In this document: one piece after another, positions 1 to 10,027 of the stretch | Layout: the number at the start of each line of letters is the position of its first letter | Position numbering within the stretch: position 1 is the first letter of the stretch | Assembly: GCA_046484285.1 (NCBI GenBank) | Contig: JAWOBP010000156.1 | Location: 2,518 to 66,517 of the forward strand | From: Polyangia bacterium | GTDB lineage: Bacteria > Myxococcota_A > Polyangia > JAAYKL01 | Reading direction: 5' to 3' | DNA: 64,000 nucleotides | Translations under genes and position numbers: made by a program | The notes under the pieces: generated by a model | The model's database searches: none | The model's input: the letters and a program-made list of their open reading frames with translations, nothing else | Told to the model about the DNA's origin: nothing

Positions 1-173
1 GTCACCGGCGCCAGCGATCCGCTGGTCACCTCGGCAAGCAGCAGCGAGCTCTCCGCACGGCTCGACTCCACGAAATGATTGACGAGAATCGCCACCACGG
101 CGACCAGCAGCGCCAGGCCCAACACCGCGCCGATCTGCCGCCGCCGCTCCACGGCCCAGTCCAGGTAGGACAT
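1..173 (-). CDS. membrane-anchored protein, N-terminal part (runs off window start)
   Basis: Minus-strand reading frame open to position 1; ATG at 171-173 gives MSYLDWAVERRRQIGAVLGLALLVAVVAILVNHF... with a clear TM helix; an in-frame GTG near 256 could extend it (VARKKIKSEKPRRKDDLDPNKDEF...). Not in ORF track because it is truncated by the window edge. Confidence 0.4.
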   Translation of the reverse strand, partial: MSYLDWAVERRRQIGAVLGLALLVAVVAILVNHFVESSRAESSLLLAEVTSGSLAPV

Positions 174-505
174 CGATCTGGTGATGAACTCATCCTTGTT
201 GGGATCCAGATCGTCTTTTCGCCTGGGCTTTTCGCTCTTTATCTTCTTGCGTGCCACGAAATCGGCTCCGTCCCTTGTGGTTCCACTTCTTGCAGCCAGC
301 CGCCCGCCAAGGGGCGGGGGCGCAATATATTCCGCGCGGCCTCCCCATGTCAAACACGGCGCCGGGTCCGAACCAATCTCCTTGACGTGGCGCTGCCGAG
401 GATGGCGTGCACTGGAGCGAGCGATGGCGATTTCAACCGATGGCTTTTTCTTTTTGCAACGTTGGGGGTAACATCCCGGGGTCGATCGCCGAGGAGAGAC
501 GAGCG

Positions 506-1192
506 ATGCGGGGCACGCGAAAAACCGCCGTGGCGGTGCCGCTCGCGGCGGTCTTGTCGGCCGCTCTGGGCGCGGCAGGCTGCGCTCCATCCCACGCGGG
601 GCGCACGGTGGGGCGCGGCACGCTGCAGCTCGAGGGCGCGCTGGGCGGGCCTTTGCTGCGCAACCTGGGCCCGGCGCTGCCGGTTCCCAACCTGCCGGTC
701 GGCGCGCGCTGGGGCGCCACCGATCGCGTCGACCTCTCCTTGCACACCAATCCCCTGCCGCTGATCGTGGGCGGCTTCGCCACGCTCGACGCGGGCGCGA
801 CCTGGGCCCTGCTCGGGCAGGACGGCGGCCGCGGCCTGGAGATGGCGGCCAGCACCGGGATGCTGCTTGTGACCGACTTCCAGACCGACGCCCGAATCGC
901 CCCGCTGGTCGACTTCGCCGCCGGCTGGGCGCTGGAGCACGTGCGCCCCTTCGCCGGAGTCCAACTGGCCGCCGACCTCTGGGGCGGCGGGCTGATGATC
1001 AACCCCCACCTGGGCGCCGAATTCGAGATGGGCCGCCGCGCCGCGCTCTCGCTGACCGGCGTCTGGTTCCACGCCGGCTTCGACACCGCCGACTCCACGG
1101 TCGAGTGGGTCTCGCCCGGCGGGCGCGGAGCGCTGGGCCTGCTGGTGGGCCTAAAGCTCCGCTTCGAGACGCGAGGAGGAGAAGGTGACTGA
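506..1192 (+). CDS. hypothetical secreted/lipoprotein
   Basis: ATG at 506 preceded by GAGGAG; N-terminus MRGTRKTAVAVPLAAVLSAALGAAGCAPS = signal peptide with lipobox Cys; no recognisable family. Confidence 0.55.
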   Translation: MRGTRKTAVAVPLAAVLSAALGAAGCAPSHAGRTVGRGTLQLEGALGGPLLRNLGPALPVPNLPVGARWGATDRVDLSLHTNPLPLIVGGFATLDAGATWALLGQDGGRGLEMAASTGMLLVTDFQTDARIAPLVDFAAGWALEHVRPFAGVQLAADLWGGGLMINPHLGAEFEMGRRAALSLTGVWFHAGFDTADSTVEWVSPGGRGALGLLVGLKLRFETRGGEGD

Positions 1193-2144
1193 CCGAGCGC
1201 GCATCGCCCTGGCCGCCGCGGCGGCGTTCTGCCTGGCCGGCTGCATCTCGCTGGACGGCTTTCTCTTCGACTCCTCGCGCCGCGAGCTGGAGGACTACGA
1301 CTTCGGCGACGAGGAGCTGGACGGGATCGACCCGGATCGGATCACCAGCGTGCTGATCCCCTCGGCCGAGCCGGGGGTGAAGATCCACGTGGTCTACGCC
1401 GAGCGCGACCCGGCCGAGCTCGACTCGCGGATCGACCCGCAGCGGCGCGTGACCGTGCTGTTCAGCCACGGCAACCGCGGCAACATCGGGCTCTACTGGT
1501 ACCGCGCCGGCTACTTCGAGGACATGGGGTTCAACGTCATGTTCTACGACTACCGCGGCTACGGCGCCAGCGGAGGCGAGACCAGCGAGCGCCACATCTA
1601 CGAAGACGCCGCGAGCGCTTACGACTGGCTCGAGCAGCGCGAAGACGTGGGCGATATCGTCTCGGTGGGCTACTCGATGGGGGGCGCGCCGGCGATCTGG
1701 CTCTGCTCGAGCGACAGCGGCCGCGACCCGCTGGCCTGCTTCACCGAGTCGACCTTCACCGACACCGAGGGGATCGTCCAGGACGCGACCGGCTTCGACC
1801 TGCCCGGCGACTGGCTCGTCGACTCCGAGCTGAACAACCTGGCGCGCATCGCCCGCGTGGAGGTCCCGTTTTTGCTGATGCACGGCACCGAGGATCACAG
1901 GGTTCCGTTCTGGCACGGCCGCGATCTGTGGGAAGAGGTGCGGGACAACCACCCTCTGAACCGCTTCTACGCGGTGAACGGCGCGACCCACCGCAACGTC
2001 CCGCTGCCCTCCTACCAGGGGGAGGAGGAGCCCCGCGAGTACTCGCACCCCGACGAGCTGCCCGCCGAGCTGCGCGACGAGCTCGACCTCTACCAGCGAA
2101 GGATCGCCGACTTCGTGGTCGAGGCCCTCGCGGAGCTGCCCTGA
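1185..2144 (+). CDS. alpha/beta-hydrolase fold lipoprotein
   Basis: GTG start after GGAGGAG; signal peptide + LAGC lipobox; GYSMGG nucleophile elbow (GxSxG), HG dipeptide, C-terminal His motif typical of alpha/beta hydrolases. Confidence 0.7.
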   Translation: MTDRARIALAAAAAFCLAGCISLDGFLFDSSRRELEDYDFGDEELDGIDPDRITSVLIPSAEPGVKIHVVYAERDPAELDSRIDPQRRVTVLFSHGNRGNIGLYWYRAGYFEDMGFNVMFYDYRGYGASGGETSERHIYEDAASAYDWLEQREDVGDIVSVGYSMGGAPAIWLCSSDSGRDPLACFTESTFTDTEGIVQDATGFDLPGDWLVDSELNNLARIARVEVPFLLMHGTEDHRVPFWHGRDLWEEVRDNHPLNRFYAVNGATHRNVPLPSYQGEEEPREYSHPDELPAELRDELDLYQRRIADFVVEALAELP

Positions 2145-2336
2145 CAATTCTGTCTCGCCGAAGCGGCGGCGGTGACGGAGAGTTGACGCTTTCGCCGCTC
2201 TCGCCGCCGCTTCATCGAAAGCGATTTAAAACAATTGCGCCGTAAAAACGGGGTATTGGAAGATATCGGCGGCCCGAGGCGTGTCCTGGTACCAAAAATG
2301 CATATGTTTGTAGTAGGGAATTTTCGAGGTGGAAAA

Positions 2337-2675
2337 ATGGACTATCGACTGACTTGCGAAGGATTTCCTCCGGACGACGAGCTGAGGGAGCAGCTACTGC
2401 TGCGCGGCCGCAGCGTGGTGCTGCACACCGGCGGGCACAGCCCGGTCAGGCTGTCCGTCAAACAGGTGGAAGGCCGCGTGCAGGGCCGCGTGGAGGTGAT
2501 CCTGCCCGACCGCCGGCTGAGCGCCGTGGTCTGGCGGGCCGAGCCTCTGGCCGCGATCGAGGACGCGGCCGCGGCCCTGCTCGACGTGCTGGGCGAAGAC
2601 TGGATCCCCCCGATCGACGAGGAGGAGGATCGGGGCGTCTACGACAGCGGGGAGGTGCTCAGCACGCTCCAATGA
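2337..2675 (+). CDS. hypothetical protein
   Basis: ATG at 2337 preceded by GAGGTGG; 112 aa (MDYRLTCEGFPPDDELREQ...), high GC3; no known domain recognised. Confidence 0.5.
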   Translation: MDYRLTCEGFPPDDELREQLLLRGRSVVLHTGGHSPVRLSVKQVEGRVQGRVEVILPDRRLSAVVWRAEPLAAIEDAAAALLDVLGEDWIPPIDEEEDRGVYDSGEVLSTLQ

Positions 2676-3627
2676 CGTGAGTGCCGCCGCGGCCGTCGAG
2701 AGCGTCCGCCAGTGTCGCCGGGCTGGTGATGATCGCGCGGCGCCCTCCGCTGTCGAGGAACTCGCAGACCGCCTGGACCTTGGGCCCCATGCTCCCGGCC
2801 GGGAACTCGCCCTCTTCGTAGCACTGCCACAGCTCGTCGGAGGTGATCGCGCCGATCGGGCGCTGCTCGTCGGTGCCGTACTTGCGGTAGACGTGCGGCA
2901 CCTCGGTCAGGATCACGAAGATCTCGGCCTCGATCTGCGTGGCCAGGATCGACGAGGTCAGGTCCTTGTCGATCACCGCCTCGACTCCCTCATAGCTGGC
3001 GTCCTCCTTCTTGATCACCGGGATTCCGCCGCCGCCGGCCGCGATCACCACGTGCCCGGCCTTGGCCGACTCGCGGATCATGTGGCGCTGGATGACCTTG
3101 TAGGGCCGCGGCGAGGGCACCACCCGGCGCCAGCCGCGCCCCGAGTCCTCGACGATCTTCCAGCCGAGCTCGTCGCGGCGGCGCCTGGCCTCGGCCTCCT
3201 CGAGAAAGGCTCCGACCGGCTTGGTCGGCCGCTGGAACGCGCTGTCCGCCGGATCGACCAGCACCTGCGTGATCACGGTCACCACGTACTTGTGGATCCG
3301 GCGGCGCCTCAGCTCGTTGAGCATCGCCTGTTGCAGGAAGTAGCCGAGGCTGCCCTCGGTCTCCGCGACCAGCACGTCCATCGGCATCTTGGGCACCGAC
3401 TCGTCCCCGGTCTCGTTGAGGTTGAGCAGGTAGCCCACCTGCGGACCGTTGCCGTGTGTGATCACCACGTTGAACCCGCGCTCGATCAGAACCTGCAAGA
3501 CGCTGCAGATGCGCGCCGCGTTCTTCTCCTGGATCTCGACGGTCCCCTGCTCGCCGCGCTGCATGAATGCGTGGCCGCCGAGGGCCACCAGCACCGTCTG
3601 GTCTTCCCGCTCTCGCTTGTCGTTCAT
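2659..3627 (-). CDS. arcC: carbamate kinase
   Basis: LVALGGHAF... and GNGPQVG motifs, ~320 aa, full-length similarity pattern to carbamate kinases; start chosen at MNDKRER (ATG 3625-3627) rather than ORF-track 3642. Confidence 0.85.
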   Translation of the reverse strand: MNDKREREDQTVLVALGGHAFMQRGEQGTVEIQEKNAARICSVLQVLIERGFNVVITHGNGPQVGYLLNLNETGDESVPKMPMDVLVAETEGSLGYFLQQAMLNELRRRRIHKYVVTVITQVLVDPADSAFQRPTKPVGAFLEEAEARRRRDELGWKIVEDSGRGWRRVVPSPRPYKVIQRHMIRESAKAGHVVIAAGGGGIPVIKKEDASYEGVEAVIDKDLTSSILATQIEAEIFVILTEVPHVYRKYGTDEQRPIGAITSDELWQCYEEGEFPAGSMGPKVQAVCEFLDSGGRRAIITSPATLADALDGRGGTHVIGAC

Positions 3628-3742
3628 CTCGCCCTCTCGCATCGTAGTGTCTTCACAGCAAAAGGAAGCTCAGCTTCGATCTAGCCGGCGGACAGGCCCG
3701 GAATCAAGCGCGAAAACGCAAAGCGAGCGCAAGGCGCAAACG

Positions 3743-5275
3743 CTACTCGAGGTATCCCAGCATCTCGAGCTGTTTCAGCAGCCGCGGGTCGAGGCGCTCG
3801 CGCTTCTGCTCAGACCAGCGGCGCAGCTCGACTTCGAATGCGCGCTCTTTTTCCAACAGCTCCCGCGCGCGGCTCTCCATCCGCTCGACCACGTCTTCGT
3901 TCTCGGCGGAGAGGTTGTCGCTCTCGCGCGGGTCTCCGCTCCTGGAGAACAGCCAGCTCGAGACTCCCCCGAACGACTCGTTGGTGTAGGTGTAGGCGTC
4001 GGTCAGCAGGCGCACCTCTCCGAGCGGATCGCCGAAGCTGACCAGCGGCGGATCGTAGCCCGCGCCTTCGCCGACGGTCCCCAGAAACGAGACTCCCTGC
4101 ACGGGGTGCTCGATCCGGACGTCGAGATAGTCGAGGACAGTGGGCAGCACGTCCATGGTGCGTACCGGCCGCTCGACCACCCGCGGCTCGATCCCGGAGC
4201 CCCGGGGAAAGCGAATCAACAGCGGAACGCGCAGGTGCTCGACGAACAGGCGGCCGTGCTCCCGCCCGCCGTGCTCGCCGAACTCCTCGCCGTGATCGGA
4301 GAGCAGGACCACCAGCGTCTCGCCCGAGACGCCCTCCTCCTCCAGCAGGTCGAGCACCTCGCCGAAGAGGTGGTCGGAGTAGCGCACTCCGGCGTCGTAC
4401 ATCGCCACGATGTGCTCGCGGTGCTCGCGACGGGAGAGATCCACGCCCTTCCAGAAGCTCTTCAGCTCGTGGCCGAACAGCTTCTGCATCAGCAGAACCT
4501 TGTTGCGCGAAGAGCGGATCTTCTCCAGCTCGTCGACGACCGTCCAGCGCTTCTCGTCCGGGATTCCGTCCGGCAAGCCCTCGGCGCGTCTGCCTTCCAG
4601 CAAAGGGCGCAGGTGAGCCTGCGGCGCCGAGATGTACGGTGCGTGGCAGACGTAGTGGTGGAGAAACAAGAAGAACGGCCGGTTCCTGTCGCCGGCCAGC
4701 CGGATCCAGTGGCGCAGCGAATCCAGGTCGCCGGAATCGCGGAAGACATCCAGCCAATTGTAGGAAATCAGGTCCTGCGAGTACAAATCGAAGCCACGAT
4801 CGAAACCGAAGCTCTTTGAGACGTTGCCCCCGCCGTGGAAGCCGGCGTTCAGGTAGCCGTGCTCGGCGAACGTCTCGGTCAGTGGCGGAATCGCCGGATC
4901 GACCGCGCGTAAAGCGTGCCGCCCGCCCATGTTGCGCACCTTGTGCACCGCCGGCGTGGTCGCGGTGAAGATCGACATGTGGGCCGGCGCGGTCGAGGGC
5001 GCCTGGCTGATCGCGTGAGTGAAGCGGACGGACTCCTCGGCGAAGGCGTCGATGCGCGGAGACACCTCGCGCTCGTAGCCGTAGGCTCCCAGGTGGTCGG
5101 CGCGCAGCGTGTCGATCGAGAACAGCAGCACGTTGGGCGCCTTCTCGGCGGTCCGCTCGGGCCTCGCCCGGCGCAGGGGATCGGACGTCTCGCCGTCGTC
5201 TTTCGGCTCGGAGCCGCAGGCCGCCTGGAGAAAAAGCGCGGCGAGAAAGAAAAGAGCTGTGACCTGCGGGCTCAT
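3743..5275 (-). CDS. sulfatase-like (alkaline-phosphatase superfamily) lipoprotein, non-canonical active-site motif
   Basis: Start MSPQVTALFFLAALFLQAACGS (lipobox) at aa 71 of ORF 3743..5485; LLFSIDTLRADHLGAYGY metal-binding N-terminus of sulfatase/AP fold; motif SQAPSTAPAH instead of C/S-x-P-x-R; C-terminal ...LGYLE tail shared with paralog at 16790..18316. Confidence 0.8.
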   Translation of the reverse strand: MSPQVTALFFLAALFLQAACGSEPKDDGETSDPLRRARPERTAEKAPNVLLFSIDTLRADHLGAYGYEREVSPRIDAFAEESVRFTHAISQAPSTAPAHMSIFTATTPAVHKVRNMGGRHALRAVDPAIPPLTETFAEHGYLNAGFHGGGNVSKSFGFDRGFDLYSQDLISYNWLDVFRDSGDLDSLRHWIRLAGDRNRPFFLFLHHYVCHAPYISAPQAHLRPLLEGRRAEGLPDGIPDEKRWTVVDELEKIRSSRNKVLLMQKLFGHELKSFWKGVDLSRREHREHIVAMYDAGVRYSDHLFGEVLDLLEEEGVSGETLVVLLSDHGEEFGEHGGREHGRLFVEHLRVPLLIRFPRGSGIEPRVVERPVRTMDVLPTVLDYLDVRIEHPVQGVSFLGTVGEGAGYDPPLVSFGDPLGEVRLLTDAYTYTNESFGGVSSWLFSRSGDPRESDNLSAENEDVVERMESRARELLEKERAFEVELRRWSEQKRERLDPRLLKQLEMLGYLE

Positions 5276-5536
5276 CCCGATCGAGGGTACAGCGAATGCG
5301 GACCGCGGACAACGAGCCCCTGACCGCCAGGATCCACGATCAAGCTCCGGGATTCGCCGCCGCCGGGTGAAGCGGGCCCCGGCGATCTGCAAGGGAGGAT
5401 ACCCGCCGGCAGGCTCGACGAGACGAGGTCGCCGGTCCGGGGCGTTCAGATGACCGCCTTTTGCGCCGCTTCGTCGTCCCCGCAAGGACCCGGCTTTTCT
5501 GCGTATCGAGGACGGTCGGGATGGCGTTGGGATTTG

Positions 5537-5609
5537 TGGAGCCGATGGGACTTGAACCCACGACCTCCGCGTTGCGAACGCGGCGCTCTCCCAGTTGAGC
5601 TACGGCCCC
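5537..5609 (-). tRNA. tRNA-Ala (anticodon CGC)
   Basis: Reverse complement GGGGCCGTAGCTCAACTGGGAGAGCGCCGCGTTCGCAACGCGGAGGTCGTGGGTTCAAGTCCCATCGGCTCCA folds as cloverleaf; G3:U70 Ala identity pair; anticodon loop TTCGCAA; CCA encoded. Ends anchored on overlapping ORF-track frame. Confidence 0.85.
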
Positions 5610-5706
5610 TCGCTCGGCCCGCCTTGTCGCGAGCGAGGCGTGGATTATATGCACTCGGCCGGCGCGGACAAGGGGGTCTTCGTTTTTTTCCCGGACGTCG
5701 CGAATA

Positions 5707-7362
5707 TCAGATGCGGCGGGGGATCCGCACCCTCTTCAGACTGTCGGAAAGGTCCAGGTAGACCTCTAGCGCGCGGCCCGGCTCGTCGAGCGCGTCGCGG
5801 AACAGCTCGCGGATCCTCGACTTGGAAAGCAAGCCGACGGTCAGGGCGTAGAACATGCGATCGCCGAGCGCGTAGCCCAGCAGGTGGGCCGCGGCGTTGA
5901 ACACCTCCTCGTCGGCCAGGTCCTCGCCGTGCCCCGGGCCCTCCTCCGCCGCGTGGCGGCGGCGCTCCCAGTACATGTGGCCGAGCGCGAAGCGCGCCGC
6001 TCGCTCCTCGGCGGTCCACTCTCCGCGCTTGCGGGCTCGCGCCACCGTCGAGCGCAGGCGTCCCTGGTGATCGGCCTTGCGCTTGGGATTGATCAGCTTG
6101 GAGCCGAAAAACGCGCAGGCCTCGTTGAGCGCGATGTAGTAGAAGAAATCCGCGGCCCCTGAGGGCGGCCGGCCCCCGGAGAGCTGCTGCTTGACGAAGT
6201 GGGCGGCCTCCTCTGCGGCGTGGTTGACCGAGAGGGTCGCCAGGTAGATCGTGTTCAGCTCCGGCAGGTAGGCGCTCTGTTCGGCCTCGACCTTCCGGAT
6301 GAACGCCTGCTTCTCAGCCTCGTCGAGGTCGCTGTCCTCGAGCACGTCCATCAGGTCCAGGTCGGCGACCATCATCACCCGCACCCCCCGCGCGGCGCGC
6401 ACCTGCTGGAAATCGAAGTAGCGGAGCAGGTCGCGGATCAGCGAACGGACCGTGCTCTCCAGCTCGGTGTACTCGATCAGCTCCTCGTCGTAGTGGATCC
6501 AGTGCAGGTAGGAGAGCTGCTGGACCAGCGGCGGCGTGTTGTTGACGCAGTAGGCGTCCGGTCCGACGCGCACCACCTCGACCTCCTCGCGCCCCTCGGC
6601 GGCCAGCTGCCAGTAGATCTCCTCGGCGTTCTGGTAGACCATCACGCTCCGCGGCGCCTTCATTCCACGGGCGACGAACTCGCGCTGCACCGCGGCCGGG
6701 AGATGCTTCGGCGCGACGTGCATCTGGCCGGTGTAGACCAGGATCACTGCGTCCGGGTAGTCTTCGGCGGCCTCGGCGATCCGCTCCGCGGCCAGCCTGT
6801 CCCGCTCGGGCAGCGGCAGCTCGGAGTCGCTGTCGATCGCGACCGCCGGCATGCCCTGCTCCGCGGCCAGCTCGAAGATCGGCGCGAAGTTCGGCCAGAT
6901 ATCGTAGGGCCAGTTCTCGCGGTAGCGGATCAGACGCAGAAAGGTCCGCTCGGCTACCTCGCCGCGCAGAAAACGATCGAGGTGGATCTGCTCCTCGGCG
7001 CCGACGAACTCCAGCGCCAGGCAGAGGCTGTCCACCTGGTGCATCACTCCGCGTATGATCTTGACGAAGGTCTTCTGGGCCAGCCGCAGCGTGTGGTAAT
7101 CGGCGACGAACGCCACCCGCGCCCGCGAGATGGCGTCGCACAGGGCTCCGAAACCCGACTCCTCGACATAGTCGGAGACCGCCTCGCAGTACTCCCGCCG
7201 ATACTCGGCGAACCCAGGCGTCTGGTGAGCCTCGCTGGACTCGATCAGCTCGCGCTGCCGCTCGAAGATGCGGCGCTGGAGGTCGATCACCTCCCGCACC
7301 GCCTTGCGTCCCCTCACCGAAGGCCGCACCGAGGGTCGCTGCTGGTCTTCATTTGCGGTCAT
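5707..7362 (-). CDS. cytoplasmic ChaN/Tiki/TraB-superfamily domain protein with ~250-aa C-terminal extension
   Basis: N-terminal 300 aa shows the ChaN-like pattern (VAFVADYHTLRLAQKTF... PAVAIDSDSELP ... VILVYTGQMHVAPKHLP); no signal peptide; C-terminal half has no recognisable domain. Confidence 0.55.
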   Translation of the reverse strand: MTANEDQQRPSVRPSVRGRKAVREVIDLQRRIFERQRELIESSEAHQTPGFAEYRREYCEAVSDYVEESGFGALCDAISRARVAFVADYHTLRLAQKTFVKIIRGVMHQVDSLCLALEFVGAEEQIHLDRFLRGEVAERTFLRLIRYRENWPYDIWPNFAPIFELAAEQGMPAVAIDSDSELPLPERDRLAAERIAEAAEDYPDAVILVYTGQMHVAPKHLPAAVQREFVARGMKAPRSVMVYQNAEEIYWQLAAEGREEVEVVRVGPDAYCVNNTPPLVQQLSYLHWIHYDEELIEYTELESTVRSLIRDLLRYFDFQQVRAARGVRVMMVADLDLMDVLEDSDLDEAEKQAFIRKVEAEQSAYLPELNTIYLATLSVNHAAEEAAHFVKQQLSGGRPPSGAADFFYYIALNEACAFFGSKLINPKRKADHQGRLRSTVARARKRGEWTAEERAARFALGHMYWERRRHAAEEGPGHGEDLADEEVFNAAAHLLGYALGDRMFYALTVGLLSKSRIRELFRDALDEPGRALEVYLDLSDSLKRVRIPRRI

Positions 7363-7453
7363 TTTCGAGCATCGCCGCCTTCTCGACAGGCCCCGAGACT
7401 ACGCGGGGCATCTTTTTTCGCAACCGATCGGGCCCAGCGTCCGATATCACCAT

Positions 7454-8914
7454 GTGCGCTTGTTCGGGACCATCGTTTTCTCCGCCCTGGCCGCCGCCGT
7501 TTCACCCCCGGCCGCGGCCGCCGGACCGGTGGGCCCGACCGCGGCCGTGGCCTGCGCTCCGAGCGACGCCGAGACCGCGATCGCAGTCGTGGGCCGCGCC
7601 CTGTGGGTCACCCGAGACGGCGGGCGCAACTGGCGCCGCGTGCTGACCGTGAGCACGGCGGCCGACGGCGGAGATGGAGCCGGCGAGGTCCCCTTCGCCT
7701 TCGAGGGATCCGACCGGACGGTGTTTTCCGAGACAGAAGAAACCGCTGGCGAGAAGGGAGCCTCCGGCTCCGCGCTCGTTGCGAGCTTTCTCTCTTCGCC
7801 GCCGGGCGAGCCCGAGCAGGAGGCGAGCGAGCTGCTGCCGGCGGTCAGCGACGAAGGAGCCTGGGCGCTGGCCCGCGGCGACGAGGTAATCGTCGGCGGT
7901 CCGGGTTCCGGCGTGCGCCGCCGCATCTCCGCCGAGCGGTCGCGGGGGCTGCTGTTCGATCGAGAAGGCGGCCTGTGGCTGGTCGAGCGCGATCGGGTGC
8001 GGCTGCTGGGAAACGGAGGCTCGAGGCGGGAGTGGAAGGTCTTCGCGCGCGGCGCTCCGGCGCGGGGCTCCGGCGGCGCGATCGCGGTGCCGAGCGGCGA
8101 GGGGCTCTGGATCGCGGATCCGGCGACGCTGGAGGTGGAGCGGCGGCGTTTCGGTCCGGCCGAGGCGGTGGCGCCGGCCGGCGAGAGGGGCGTCTGGATC
8201 GCGGCCCAGCGGGGCAACCTGCTACGCGTGCTCTCCTCGAGCTCTGCGGTCCCGATCGGACGGGTCCCGGCGGGTACGCTTCGCCTTGTCGCCGGCCGGG
8301 ACGGAAGGCTGCGTGCGCGCGATCGCAAAGGAGCCTGGTGGGAAAAGAGCAGCGCGGGCTGGCGCCGCGCCCTGGATCGGGCCTACGCGGTGGACGGCTC
8401 CGGGCGCTGGTGGATCGGGACCGAGAGCAGACCGCTCGGGCCGGCCTCTCCGAGAACGGAGGTCTTTCTTCACCCGGCACCGGTGGCCGGCGCGCGGGCC
8501 GTCCGCTACGAGCTGGATCCCGGCTCGCCGCCCTGCCGCAGGGCGCCGCTGGATCCCTTGCCGAAGCTGCGTCTCGACGCCGGCTTCGGGCGGGGCAGCG
8601 TCCGCTGGCGGGGGATGCCCGGAGAGGTCGAGGAAGCGGGCCTGCGCAGCTGGGCGTACGCCTCGATTCGCCTCGGCTGGGATCTGGACCCGGTCCCGCC
8701 GTCCGACTGCGCGAGCGAGGATCGGCGCTTCGCCGACGCCGTGCTGAGCCGCCGCAGGCGCGCGGGTCGAATCGCGCGGGCGCTGGGACGGGCGCTGGGA
8801 CGCCGCCGGGAGGCGCGCGGCGCCGCCGAGATGGCCGAGTGGACCCTGGAGGCGAGACGGCTCGCCGAGACGCTGCGCATTCTGCGCGCGGCGACAATGG
8901 AGGAGCGAAAATGA
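7454..8914 (+). CDS. hypothetical secreted protein, BNR/Ycf48-like motif
   Basis: GTG start (aa 63 of ORF 7268..8914) giving signal peptide VRLFGTIVFSALAAAVSPPAAAAG; WVTRDGGRNW matches the S/T-x-D-G-G-x-T/N-W BNR/Ycf48 blade motif; repeated GLW/GVW segments. Confidence 0.55.
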   Translation: MRLFGTIVFSALAAAVSPPAAAAGPVGPTAAVACAPSDAETAIAVVGRALWVTRDGGRNWRRVLTVSTAADGGDGAGEVPFAFEGSDRTVFSETEETAGEKGASGSALVASFLSSPPGEPEQEASELLPAVSDEGAWALARGDEVIVGGPGSGVRRRISAERSRGLLFDREGGLWLVERDRVRLLGNGGSRREWKVFARGAPARGSGGAIAVPSGEGLWIADPATLEVERRRFGPAEAVAPAGERGVWIAAQRGNLLRVLSSSSAVPIGRVPAGTLRLVAGRDGRLRARDRKGAWWEKSSAGWRRALDRAYAVDGSGRWWIGTESRPLGPASPRTEVFLHPAPVAGARAVRYELDPGSPPCRRAPLDPLPKLRLDAGFGRGSVRWRGMPGEVEEAGLRSWAYASIRLGWDLDPVPPSDCASEDRRFADAVLSRRRRAGRIARALGRALGRRREARGAAEMAEWTLEARRLAETLRILRAATMEERK

Positions 8915-9633
8915 AAATCGAACGAATCGCAGGCACGGCAACGCTGCTGGTTGTCCTGGCGGCCGGCTCCGTAGCCGGGGCGGACGACGTCGAGGACGCC
9001 CGAGAGGAACCCGGAGCCGAAGAACGAACGGCCCTGCCTGAGGCGGAGGCCGAGGCCCCGCCCGAGCCGGAGGAGGAACGGGAAAAGGCCCGCCGCCGGG
9101 TGGATCGCGCCCTCGAGCGACTGGACAACGAGCCGTCGCTGGCCGAGCTGCAACGCGCGGCCCTGCGGCGGGCGGACGCCGACCGCGGCGGCGCCGATTC
9201 CTGGATGTCGTCCACGCGCTGGTCCGCGGTCCTGCCGGTGGTCAAGTTCACGGCCGAGCACGACATGGAACGCGACGAATCGCTGGACCGCTACCAGGAC
9301 GAGCCGGACCGCTGGGGAGCCGACACGGACAACGACCTCGGCTTCAAGATCACGGCGCAGTGGAAGCTCAACGAGCTGGTCTTCAACTCCGACCAGATGC
9401 GGGTCTACAACGCCCTGGCCGACCGGGCCGAGCGCCGCGAGGAGCTGCTCACGGTGCTGGTCGGCTACTACTTCGAGCGCCGCAAGCTGCAGGCCGCCGA
9501 GCTGCTCGATCCGGCACCGGACCCGGCCGCCTCGCTGGAGCGGAAGCTGCGCATCAGGGAGCTGACAGCGATGATCGACGCCTTGACAGGTGGTCTGCTG
9601 TCTAGCAGGCTCGAAGAGGATGCGCCCCGGTGA
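8911..9633 (+). CDS. hypothetical secreted protein
   Basis: ATG overlaps the previous stop (ATGA, translational coupling); signal peptide MKIERIAGTATLLVVLAAGSVAGA; acidic then Arg-rich helical region; in frame with the long artefactual ORF 6199..9633. Confidence 0.55.
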   Translation: MKIERIAGTATLLVVLAAGSVAGADDVEDAREEPGAEERTALPEAEAEAPPEPEEEREKARRRVDRALERLDNEPSLAELQRAALRRADADRGGADSWMSSTRWSAVLPVVKFTAEHDMERDESLDRYQDEPDRWGADTDNDLGFKITAQWKLNELVFNSDQMRVYNALADRAERREELLTVLVGYYFERRKLQAAELLDPAPDPAASLERKLRIRELTAMIDALTGGLLSSRLEEDAPR

Positions 9634-9658
9634 GCGCGTGACAGAGAGGTGAACGGCG

Positions 9659-10003
9659 ATGGTCGTCGTGGAGAAGCGGCGGGCTCGAAGGTACGATGTC
9701 GATATTTCGGCCGAGGTCTACACGGCGGCGTCCGTGCTGCCCGCCAGCACCAACAACCTGAGCGAGAGCGGAGTCAGCCTCGATCTCTCCGAGCCGCTCG
9801 ACGAGGAGGCCACGATCGGCGTGTCGCTGTTCCTGGTCACCGACGGCATCGAGGATCCGGACGCCGAGCCGCTCAACCTGCAAGCGCAGGTGATCTGGTG
9901 CGCCGAGCGCGAGGACGAGGGCTACTCGGCCGGGATGCGCTTCAAAGAGCTCGGCGAGGACAGCGAGAAGACGATCAAGAGCTTTCTCGAAGAGCTTTCC
10001 TGA
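9659..10003 (+). CDS. PilZ-domain protein (c-di-GMP receptor family)
   Basis: RRARR ... NLSESG motifs (RxxxR / D/NxSxxG) in a 114-aa protein. Confidence 0.7.
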   Translation: MVVVEKRRARRYDVDISAEVYTAASVLPASTNNLSESGVSLDLSEPLDEEATIGVSLFLVTDGIEDPDAEPLNLQAQVIWCAEREDEGYSAGMRFKELGEDSEKTIKSFLEELS

Positions 10004-10027
10004 CGGCCTCGAGGGGGTTTGCCGCCG

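Noticed and set aside
5537-5609. tRNA-Ala and tRNA-Cys (31779..31849) as integration sites of genomic islands
   Set aside because: There is no integrase, direct repeat of the tRNA 3' end or compositional break adjacent to either tRNA.
6199-9633. 1144-aa ORF (and many other 100-900-aa Arg/Ala/Gly/Pro-rich ORFs such as 3810..5312, 7845..9266, 11693..12718, 41184..42872, 51654..53651, 25894..27200)
   Set aside because: These are low-complexity, overlap well-supported genes in other frames or strands, and are the expected stop-codon-poor artefacts of 70 % GC DNA. Only the 8911..9633 segment of the first is kept as a gene.
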